This document shows, one piece after another, positions 56,806 through 64,000 of a DNA stretch of 64,000 nt. Location of the stretch: NCBI GenBank assembly GCA_045225715.1, contig JBGVBS010000015.1:1001-65000 (forward strand). Direction: 5' to 3'. The stretch comes from Oscillospiraceae bacterium (GTDB lineage Bacteria > Bacillota > Clostridia > Oscillospirales > Oscillospiraceae). Position numbers and translations under genes: made by a program. How positions within the stretch are numbered: position 1 is the stretch's first letter; the number at the start of each line of letters is the position of its first letter. The notes under the pieces are model-generated. The model was not told where the DNA came from. It saw only the letters and a list, made by a program, of their open reading frames with translations, and did not search any database.

Positions 56806-57428
56806 GCCGCGGCACCTCCCTCCGAAGCGCCGTAGACCGGCACCTCATAGATGCAATAGTGCAGCGAAAAGCTCGACTCCTCGACTGCGGCAGGCTCAAA
56901 GAAGAAGTATTCACGATCCTCATACTGCGCCGTTCCCGCGAGGATTGCCTTGTAGTGTTCCTTTTCCTCAAAAGCATCCAAGTCGTCGAGCATCGCGCGC
57001 ATCAGCATGGCCTTGTCCGCGCTGATGGCGACCGTGCCGATCGTGCTGTCGCACTCGCCGTCATAGGTGAACACGAGCGCGTACAGCTTGCTCTCGCTTT
57101 TGGGAAGTGCCTCCGTAACCGGCTCCAGCATATCGGCATCCATTACCACACTGTCGAGCGGCAGCTCGGAGATGGTTTTCGGCATCTGATAGAGCTTGGA
57201 GAAGCGGCTTTCGCTCTCCGCGACTATGTGTGCTTTTGCGGGGACCATGAAATCACAGACAATCTCCGCGCCCTCGTTCTCCGTTTCTTTGTCGCTGCCG
57301 TCGCGGATTTCGGAAACGCGTCCGAAGAGTCCGCAGTAATCGCTTTCGCTGTTCGAGAAAACCATGCCGCCGATGGTGAAGGTCTTGCCTGCGGCGGTAA
57401 AGGTTTCACCCTGTTTATCAAGTACCAT
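56802..57428 (-). CDS. Hypothetical two-domain protein ending in GGAAA
   Basis: 208 aa. ATGA overlap with the AAA+ gene. No family recognised. Confidence 0.55.
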   Translation of the reverse strand: MVLDKQGETFTAAGKTFTIGGMVFSNSESDYCGLFGRVSEIRDGSDKETENEGAEIVCDFMVPAKAHIVAESESRFSKLYQMPKTISELPLDSVVMDADMLEPVTEALPKSESKLYALVFTYDGECDSTIGTVAISADKAMLMRAMLDDLDAFEEKEHYKAILAGTAQYEDREYFFFEPAAVEESSFSLHYCIYEVPVYGASEGGAAA

Positions 57429-58182
57429 AGCGTTCCCCTTCCTGTGAAATATAGCGTTTTTCTTTCTTCTGCTCCGTTTTGTTGAGCGTGCGGATGAGGC
57501 GATAACCGCGCCTCGACGTCGCCGTTTTCAGATACCCCTCGTCGATCAGCTTGTCGATCACGCCGAGAATGTGGTTTGCCGTCTTGCCCGCGCCGCCGCT
57601 TCTGCCGTCGTCTTCACCGATCCGGCGAAGCCTCACAACGCCCGCGACATGGCAGGCAACGTCGTAATCGCGGTAAAAGTTGGACCGCCGCGTGGTTACG
57701 CTCGTTTTGAGCACCTCCGATCTGATACGATCCTCCTGACCGACGAGATAAGCGATATACGCTTCGTCCGTCATGTCATAGGCCGTTTCATAGAGGTCTA
57801 CCCAGCGGAGGGAAAACTCTTTCGCGCAAGAGAGTGCCTCGGCGATGCCGACGACTTCGCGCTTGAGCACTTCGCCGCTGAAATCCTGCGGGTGCAGGTA
57901 CAGCCACGTCTTGCCCTTGCGGACGGTCGCGCTGCAGCCGCAGGCGCGCTGCTCCGCGACGCTCCAACCGAGCCGGATAAAGATCTCGCGGCTTTCGGCG
58001 TCAAACGGATCGCTCCCATGACCGTGCCAATCGTTTCCGCGCTCGTATGCGGACGTTCTGATACGAAAGTGGACTCGCACATACTCGCCGCCGTGGTCCG
58101 CGGAACGATCCCAGTTGTCCGAAAGCGTCCCGTCCGGCCCAGCCGTGGGCGGCGTCGTGTTGTCGTGGTATTTGATACTCAT
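57418..58182 (-). CDS. Hypothetical protein (254 aa), possible C-terminal winged helix
   Basis: Start set at the internal ATG (MSIKYHDN), which overlaps the upstream stop (ATGA). No family recognised. Confidence 0.55.
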   Translation of the reverse strand: MSIKYHDNTTPPTAGPDGTLSDNWDRSADHGGEYVRVHFRIRTSAYERGNDWHGHGSDPFDAESREIFIRLGWSVAEQRACGCSATVRKGKTWLYLHPQDFSGEVLKREVVGIAEALSCAKEFSLRWVDLYETAYDMTDEAYIAYLVGQEDRIRSEVLKTSVTTRRSNFYRDYDVACHVAGVVRLRRIGEDDGRSGGAGKTANHILGVIDKLIDEGYLKTATSRRGYRLIRTLNKTEQKKEKRYISQEGERYGT

Positions 58183-58535
58183 GCCGCCAGCTCTTCGTAT
58201 TCCCCGGCGTCCTCGCGCGCGTCCGTGAAGGACGCAGCGCGATTGCCGATGAACGCGGTATGTGCTTCCGTGCGAGCGTGAGAGCGGCGCGGGCGCGCGC
58301 ATTTGAACAGCTCGCGCTCCAGTTGTGTTTCGAGGTATCCCTCCATCTCGCCATTGGCGGAGTCATGGGCGTCCACCGCCCTGATCATCCGCTCGGCGAG
58401 CTGCTGATAGATGTCGTCCTTCTCCGTGCGGGCGGCCTTGACGATATCGCGGTGCGCCTCCATCACTTTGTCGATCAGGGGAAGGTGCTTCAGCACGATG
58501 TCGTTGCGCTCTTCGGTGTTCATAACGGTCTTCAT
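58179..58535 (-). CDS. Small helical protein resembling sigma-70 region 2 only
   Basis: Start at MKTVMNT (GAGGA RBS 7 nt upstream). The pattern NDIVLKHLPLIDKV...DDIYQQLAERMIRAVDAHD resembles sigma region 2.1-2.3. No region 4 is present. Confidence 0.4.
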   Translation of the reverse strand: MKTVMNTEERNDIVLKHLPLIDKVMEAHRDIVKAARTEKDDIYQQLAERMIRAVDAHDSANGEMEGYLETQLERELFKCARPRRSHARTEAHTAFIGNRAASFTDAREDAGEYEELAA

Positions 58536-58598
58536 ATTGAAATCCTCGCTTTCCAAAATCTGTAAAATGTAGTGTGTTGGGTTTGATCGCGCGGCAGG

Positions 58599-59351
58599 TC
58601 ATGCCGCGCGCCGGGCATCAAACAGCGAAAGCTGCGCCTTCTCCGCCCGGAAGCGTTCGTCCAGTTCGTCGATACGGTAGTTCCTGTTGAACAGCTCCGT
58701 TGCCTTATTTGGCGCTTTCTGGCACTCCAGCAGCTTGTTCCAGAGATCGCGGTGGTGCGTGAACAGGTGCCGAAGCTCGCTCATGCTCGCGTTCGGGCAG
58801 AAAAAGCAGCCGTTCCGCTTTGCGAAATGGTAGATGGGCGACAGAAGCCCCGCGGCCTTGCAAAGCTCCGTGGCGTCTTGCTCCGTCTTTCCGTACTTTG
58901 CGAGCAGCGACACCTTTGCGGCGCCGTCCAACCGCGCAAGCCGTTCGTCTTCGTCCGACGCGATGCCGATGTACTGCACGCTGTCCGCGCCAAGCGCCTT
59001 TTTGTACGCCTTGATGGGCGGCAGCTTGCAATCCCGCTGGATGCAGCACTTTCCGCACAGCGGCCACGCGTTGAGCTTCCCGGCGTTTGGGCCTTTGCCC
59101 AGAACGCGATAGAACGACTTGAGGTAGGTCATGGGCGAGCGCAAGGTGATTACCTTGACGCCGCTGCGTTCCAGAAACGGGATCGCGCAATCCTGAATGA
59201 AATCACGGTGCTCCGGCACCTCGCCGGAGGTGTATTCGTCGAACATCACCTCGCAGTAAACGACTTCATCCAGCGGCTCGCCGTGCTCCAGCGCCAGAAG
59301 GACGGTCGCGATGCTATCCTTGCCGAACGAGCAGCTCGCGATGTGCTTCAT
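58599..59351 (-). CDS. PAPS-reductase-like PP-loop protein
   Basis: PP-loop motif SFGKDS near the N-terminus. The ATG at 59351 overlaps the upstream stop (ATGA); an alternative start is at 59363. Confidence 0.8.
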   Translation of the reverse strand: MKHIASCSFGKDSIATVLLALEHGEPLDEVVYCEVMFDEYTSGEVPEHRDFIQDCAIPFLERSGVKVITLRSPMTYLKSFYRVLGKGPNAGKLNAWPLCGKCCIQRDCKLPPIKAYKKALGADSVQYIGIASDEDERLARLDGAAKVSLLAKYGKTEQDATELCKAAGLLSPIYHFAKRNGCFFCPNASMSELRHLFTHHRDLWNKLLECQKAPNKATELFNRNYRIDELDERFRAEKAQLSLFDARRAA

Positions 59352-59536
59352 AACTGCTTCCACTCGCTCCCAAGGCGCATCTCCACGGAAAGGATTGTTG
59401 CGCTCCCGTGGCCGCCGCGCAGCCGGAAGTCCGCAAGCGCGCCAAGTCTGCTTATCGCCGCGATATAATAGCAGCCCTTCGTTCCGTCCGGATTCTGGTA
59501 GTTGATACGGTACGGACGCTTCTCAGTTTCCTGCAT
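59348..59536 (-). CDS. 62-aa protein containing an internal RLRGG motif
   Basis: Tightly packed: 1 nt after the upstream stop and ATGA-coupled to the downstream gene. Predicted beta-beta-alpha-beta pattern by eye. Confidence 0.55.
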   Translation of the reverse strand: MQETEKRPYRINYQNPDGTKGCYYIAAISRLGALADFRLRGGHGSATILSVEMRLGSEWKQL

Positions 59537-59537
59537 A

Positions 59538-59933
59538 TTACGCTGCTTCCTCCTTTTTCGCGCACAGCTCGATCACGCGCTGGCACTGCTCCATCTCAAA
59601 CCCGCCGATGTGCGTCTTCTTCAGCGGGAGGCGCATCTGCTGGGAAAGCCATTTGTACGCCTGCGTCCGGCTCATGTGCCAGGAACGCCACGCATCGTCA
59701 AAGACGGCGTGCGTTTCCATGCGTTTGAGCCGCAGCACCTCGTTCGCGACGTCCCCGAGCGGGCGCGTTGTTCCCTTGTGGCAGCCGACGCGCGCGTTGC
59801 AGTTTTGGCATTGATAGAGCACTTCACCCGCCATACCGAGCTTTTTCGCGCTTTTCCCATAAACGCTCTCTGCCGGCACCAGACGGATCACGCCGCCGCA
59901 GTATCGACAGACGGTAGGTGTTTTCAAAGGCAC
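59538..59933 (-). CDS. Zinc-finger protein (DUF3268-like by recollection)
   Basis: CRYC ... CQNC four-Cys ribbon at the N-terminus; 131 aa. Confidence 0.55.
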   Translation of the reverse strand: MPLKTPTVCRYCGGVIRLVPAESVYGKSAKKLGMAGEVLYQCQNCNARVGCHKGTTRPLGDVANEVLRLKRMETHAVFDDAWRSWHMSRTQAYKWLSQQMRLPLKKTHIGGFEMEQCQRVIELCAKKEEAA

Positions 59934-59941
59934 TCCTCCTT

Positions 59942-61123
59942 CTATGCGGCTTTCTTGCCGCGCGGTTTCTTCGCCGATGCTTTCGGCTTTTTCTTTTCCT
60001 CCGCTTTCTTGTCCTCCGCCGCGGGCGCGGTCTTGGGCTGGGGCGGGCGCACGGACGGCTGCATATAGAACGTCTCCTCGGTGGAGAGCGTCAGCATACC
60101 GTTCTGCGCGACGCCGAGCGTCGCCGTGCCGGAAAGCGCGCGGAAGCAGTCAAAAAGGGATTTGCCGACATACCAAAAGCTCCCCGTGGGCGCGCCGGTG
60201 AGCGGCGTCACGTCGATGGAGGTGTTCGCCGCGCCGAAAGCGCCCGTGGCGTAAAACGCCAGCTTCATGCCGCCGAAGCTCAGACGCACGCGCCCGTCCG
60301 CGCCGGTCGCCGCCGCAACATACGTCAGCGCGCGCCGCAGCTCGGCAACGTCGGTCAGCACCGTGAAGGTGTTGCGGATCGCGCCGATCACACGGTCGGT
60401 ATCGACATACTCCTCTTCCACGATCCTCGCGGTAAAGGTCATGTTCGGCTTTCTGAACACGATGCTCTTGCCCGTGGTGCCGACGTGAAATTCATCCTTG
60501 TCGGTACAGATGCGGGCAAGCGTATTCAGCGACGCGGCGGGTACGAGCAGCGCGACGTCGCCCGTGCTCTTGATGTCCCCCTTCGTGGAGGCGAGCCGAA
60601 GCCCGTCGCTGCCGACCGCCACAAGACCGTCCCGCGTGAATCTGAGGTTGATGCACTTGAGCAGCGGGTTCTGGTTGCGCGCGGACACGGCAAACGAACT
60701 GTGCCGCACCATGCCCGGAACGCCGCCAACCTTGATGGTATCCTCGGGAAAGGCGCTGTCCGTGCGCGGGTAGTTCCCGCGCGGCAGGGCGGGCAGCGCG
60801 TACCCGGCGTCGCCGCTTTCCGCGGCAAGCACGGGAGCGTCCGCCGCTCTGCGCAGCGTAACGGTATCGCCCGGCAGCTTTTTGAGCATCGCGGCGAACA
60901 GCTCCGCGTTGACGACCAGCGCGTCGTCCTCCGAGGTATCGCAGCCAAGCCGCTGCTCCAACGTGGTTTCCAGATTGGTTGCCGTCACCGTCAGCGATTT
61001 CGCGCCCGCGTCCGCTTCCAGCAGCACGCCCGCCAACTCCTTGACGGGGGAAGCTGCCGGCGCGATTGTCGCGGCGCAGCTGACGGCGTCCGACAGCTCG
61101 CTTCGATTGATCGTGATGTTCAT
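59942..61123 (-). CDS. dnaN: DNA polymerase III beta sliding-clamp-like protein with Lys-rich C-terminal tail
   Basis: N-terminus MNITINRSELSDAV...LAGVLLEA...LTVTATNLE is DnaN-like. ~350-aa three-domain length plus a ~40-aa tail KKAEEKKKPKASAKKPRGKKAA. Confidence 0.7.
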   Translation of the reverse strand: MNITINRSELSDAVSCAATIAPAASPVKELAGVLLEADAGAKSLTVTATNLETTLEQRLGCDTSEDDALVVNAELFAAMLKKLPGDTVTLRRAADAPVLAAESGDAGYALPALPRGNYPRTDSAFPEDTIKVGGVPGMVRHSSFAVSARNQNPLLKCINLRFTRDGLVAVGSDGLRLASTKGDIKSTGDVALLVPAASLNTLARICTDKDEFHVGTTGKSIVFRKPNMTFTARIVEEEYVDTDRVIGAIRNTFTVLTDVAELRRALTYVAAATGADGRVRLSFGGMKLAFYATGAFGAANTSIDVTPLTGAPTGSFWYVGKSLFDCFRALSGTATLGVAQNGMLTLSTEETFYMQPSVRPPQPKTAPAAEDKKAEEKKKPKASAKKPRGKKAA

Positions 61124-61132
61124 TGTCGCCTC

Positions 61133-63994
61133 CTATGCCGCGAAGTCGAACAGGCTGAGCTGATTCTCGACCTCCGCGTGTTTGTTGTTCCGTTTCTGCT
61201 CTCTGGACTTCTCCAGCAGCCCCTCGTAAAGCTCCTGCATCTGCGAGCGCTGTGCGAACCTGACGCCGGTATCCGTCGCCACAGGCTCCAGGTCGATGAC
61301 CTCCGCCTGTTCCGTATTTTGCGGGACAAGGCGCTTTCTCGGCTTGCGGTCGGGGTTGACGAACGCCATCTTTTTGAACGTCGCGGAGATGTCCTCGACG
61401 TTATCCTTGATGCCGAGCGTCAGCTCCTTCGCCATCTGGCTCGTCAGATCCTTTTCGTCGCCCATCGCGGCAAGCCCTTCGTCGGAGAAATTGCCTTCGA
61501 TCAGGCTTGCGACCGCGAGTTTCGAGCCCATCAGCTTCATCGCCTTCGCCTGCATGGTCTCCTCGTAGTAGAGCATATACACCTCCACCCGCGGCGCGGT
61601 CTGGTTGATGCGCCACGAACGGCGCGACGCCTGCCGGAAGGTAAAGAGGTTGTAGCCCATGGAGTAGAAGATCAGCGTGGTAAAGGCGTTGAGATCGAGG
61701 CCGGTCTCCACGCAGCGCGGGTTGGTGATAAGCACCTGCAAGCCCGCGGAAAGGCGCTTGTCCACCCATTCCTCCCGTTTCTCCGGGGGAACCTTCGGCA
61801 GCAGCACCTCGGCCTTGACGCCTTCCTCCCGCAGCAACTTCATGAGCTTTTGCTGGGAGTCCGTGCGCGTCCAGCTCGTGTAGATCAGCACCTTTTCGCC
61901 CGCCGCGATCTTCGCGCGGACGATCTCCATCGTCTTTTCCTCCTTCGGGAGTATGTCCTCGAAGCGCGCCACGTCCTGCGGCGATACGAGCGGATACCCC
62001 TCGATGGGATGGATCACGTCCGGCTGGTCGTAGGGCTGGTCGGGATAGACTGTCAGCAGGTTCAGGTACGCCGAGAGTATCTTGTTGGCGATCTTCCGGT
62101 CCTGCCGGAGTATCCGCGTCAGCTCCGTTTCCATCTCCTTGTAGGCGATACGCACATCCTTCGGCATCTGGACGGGGACGGGGATCTCTTCGTAGTCGGG
62201 AAGCTCCTTGCCCATGTCGGCGAGCGACAGGAATGCCGTGTACTCCAACAGGAAGCGCGAAAACACCAGCGGCGATACGCCGGGGAGCTGCCTTGTCTTG
62301 GACTCGCTCTTGCTCGCGCGCCGGTTGGAGTTGTAGTTGGGATCTTCGATCTCGTAGGTGGTCTCGATCACGCCGTACTCCGCGTCAAAGTCATTTGGCT
62401 TGGCGTAGCGTTTCCCGTCCTTGAGCATCAGCCCCGGCACCATGCGATAGAGCAGGTGGAAAATGCCGGAGCTGTAGCCGTTGATGAGCGTGGCGGTCAT
62501 GCCGACGACGTGCTTCGACGCGCCGAACAGCTCCGCCATTGCGTCGCCCTGTCCGCTCGCGTTGTTGTACTCGTGCAGCTCGTCGCAGAGAAAACCGTCC
62601 ACGCGCCCGCGGAGCTTCTTCTTGATGTAGGTGCTCAGCGGGAAGCGCCTGGCCGCGCCTCTGGTCGGGAAGTGTCCGTTGGGGTTTTCCACGATGGCGT
62701 TGATCTGGCTCCAGATGCTTTCGGACTTCGTGCGCTCCAAATGCGCCGCCGCCTTGTCGCGGTACACCCATCCGTATCCGCCGATCTTCACCCACGGCAG
62801 CTTGCGGTCGCCGTTGACGGGTGCCCACAGCGAGGAGCCGCATTCGGGGCATTTGTGGTTCTTCTTGCTCTCGTTGAGGAAATAGAACTGGTCGGCGTTC
62901 ACGCGATACTTCGTGCCGTCCTTGCTGAAGTCCATCTCGATCGGCTTGCGGCAATCCGGGCAGAGGAACGCGTGCTGCCGCTTGTTCCAGCGCACGGCGG
63001 GGTAGCGCATATAACCGTCCCGCGCCCGCTCCTTGCTGAATACGGCGTAAACGCTTTTGTCGCCCATTTCATAAAGGGAATAGAGCTTGTTCAGGTCGGC
63101 GATGCTGCGCACCACCATGCCGTAGGTGTTTGGGAGCGTTTCGGCGATCTCGCGTACCCACTTCTTTGTGATGTGGGAGGGACACATGACGATGCCGAAG
63201 GTCTTCCCGCTCGTGCTGCCATGATGCTGCCTCGCCCAGAGGCCGTGCAGCGCGCCGAGCGCCGTCGAGCCGATCTTCGTCTTGCCCGAACCGCACTCCG
63301 CCTTGATGATGGCGCACTTTTTGACCGTGAGCTGCCGTTTGACCGCCTCGGCCACGGCGAGCTGTGGATCGTAGAGCGAGTAGCCCGCGTGATCCTCAAT
63401 GAACTCGTTGATGGCGAGGACTTCATCGCTCAGCGGCTCCGACGCCGGATCAAACAAGGGCTGGAACTGGCTGCGGATGCGCTTCGCAACCGTCACGCCG
63501 AAGGCACCCAAGTAGTCGGTGACGCCGTTCACGGTCTCGAACCCGTCCGACGCGCCGGGTATTCCGCCCGGTACGCGGATCGCGCCTGTTTTGAGGCCGT
63601 CCTCCAACACCTGCACCACGTTCTTGTCCTCCGGCGTCAGGTCGAGCACCCATGCGTCCAGCTTTTCCGTAAGCGAGAGCACATTCATCTTCCGCAGGAA
63701 TCCGCGGGAGATGAGCGTGTCGATCACATAGTCGCGGTAAGCTGGGATGAGCGGGGCCGCGGTTTTCCTGTCCAGCTCCTCATACAGCCGGTCTTTGTCC
63801 CCGGCAGGCACGAAGATGTAGCAGGTACGGGGCTTTTTCTCCTTTTCCTCGCCGTCCGCGGGGATCTCGGCATCCTCTCCGTCGCTCTCTTTGGCGTCGG
63901 TGAGCTGCGCGTCGTCCTTCACCATCATGGTCACGGTGGCGTAGACGCCCTCGTGCGCGAGCTGGCGGTCGTAGCCCTTGGGCTTGCACTGCAT
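61133..63994 (-). CDS. SNF2/DEAD-like superfamily-2 helicase with inserted zinc ribbon (may extend beyond window)
   Basis: Motif I AECGSGKT, motif II DELHEY, motif VI QASRRSWRINQ, and a CPDC...CPEC ribbon. The reading frame is still open at base 64000. Confidence 0.85.
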   Translation of the reverse strand: MQCKPKGYDRQLAHEGVYATVTMMVKDDAQLTDAKESDGEDAEIPADGEEKEKKPRTCYIFVPAGDKDRLYEELDRKTAAPLIPAYRDYVIDTLISRGFLRKMNVLSLTEKLDAWVLDLTPEDKNVVQVLEDGLKTGAIRVPGGIPGASDGFETVNGVTDYLGAFGVTVAKRIRSQFQPLFDPASEPLSDEVLAINEFIEDHAGYSLYDPQLAVAEAVKRQLTVKKCAIIKAECGSGKTKIGSTALGALHGLWARQHHGSTSGKTFGIVMCPSHITKKWVREIAETLPNTYGMVVRSIADLNKLYSLYEMGDKSVYAVFSKERARDGYMRYPAVRWNKRQHAFLCPDCRKPIEMDFSKDGTKYRVNADQFYFLNESKKNHKCPECGSSLWAPVNGDRKLPWVKIGGYGWVYRDKAAAHLERTKSESIWSQINAIVENPNGHFPTRGAARRFPLSTYIKKKLRGRVDGFLCDELHEYNNASGQGDAMAELFGASKHVVGMTATLINGYSSGIFHLLYRMVPGLMLKDGKRYAKPNDFDAEYGVIETTYEIEDPNYNSNRRASKSESKTRQLPGVSPLVFSRFLLEYTAFLSLADMGKELPDYEEIPVPVQMPKDVRIAYKEMETELTRILRQDRKIANKILSAYLNLLTVYPDQPYDQPDVIHPIEGYPLVSPQDVARFEDILPKEEKTMEIVRAKIAAGEKVLIYTSWTRTDSQQKLMKLLREEGVKAEVLLPKVPPEKREEWVDKRLSAGLQVLITNPRCVETGLDLNAFTTLIFYSMGYNLFTFRQASRRSWRINQTAPRVEVYMLYYEETMQAKAMKLMGSKLAVASLIEGNFSDEGLAAMGDEKDLTSQMAKELTLGIKDNVEDISATFKKMAFVNPDRKPRKRLVPQNTEQAEVIDLEPVATDTGVRFAQRSQMQELYEGLLEKSREQKRNNKHAEVENQLSLFDFAA

Positions 63995-64000
63995 GAGCTG

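Larger units (their letters stand above)
43881..64000. mobile_element. Integrated element at tRNA-Leu (prophage-like or integrative island); right end outside window
   Basis: tRNA 3' end, then an adjacent tyrosine integrase and excisionase. These are followed by more than 20 accessory genes, all on the minus strand, many with ATGA-type overlaps. Confidence 0.8.

Noticed and set aside
1-64000. Scanned for CRISPR arrays, rRNA genes, transposases/IS elements, reverse transcriptases, and restriction or Cas-type defence genes.
   Set aside because: No regularly spaced repeats, rRNA-like segments or recognisable transposase, RT, Cas or REase motifs were found by eye. The only repeats are the tRNA half-copy and the 13-bp tandem.

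Overview
High-GC (about 60%) Firmicutes/Clostridia-type chromosome segment; the order-level guess (Oscillospirales-like) is inference only. Bases 1-43,500 are ordinary core genome. They carry feoB, a 5'-deoxynucleoside/MTA salvage trio, miaB, mutS-mutL-miaA-hfq, yggS-sepF-divIVA, rpmG-secE-nusG-rplKAJL, rnc-acpP-plsX, trmFO-topA-dprA, glpK, cysS-pgsA-rimO-recX-recA, prmC, and a two-component system with an FG-GAP lipoprotein. At 43.5-43.9 kb sits a tRNA-Leu(CAA) locus with an orphaned 5'-half copy. From the tRNA 3' end to the window edge (43.9-64 kb) lies an integrated mobile element. It has a tyrosine integrase, an excisionase and a long, translationally coupled minus-strand operon chain. That chain encodes an SNF2-like helicase, a sliding clamp, a PAPS-reductase-like protein, a MoxR AAA+ ATPase, SSB, a vWA protein, a JAMM/JAB protein, a ThiF/E1-like protein, and an NPPY methyltransferase fused to a sigma-region-4-like module. 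No virion or conjugation genes are visible in the 20 kb seen. The most interesting items are: (1) the E1-like/JAB operon, which has no recognisable E2 or ubiquitin-like partner; (2) a low-GC toxin-immunity cassette (PBECR4-like) inserted into the chain; (3) a GC-rich, roughly 190-nt structured leader RNA in front of that cassette, with a consensus promoter, an intrinsic terminator and a possible antiterminator. No CRISPR arrays or rRNA genes were seen. All family names are from motif recognition and memory, not database searches.
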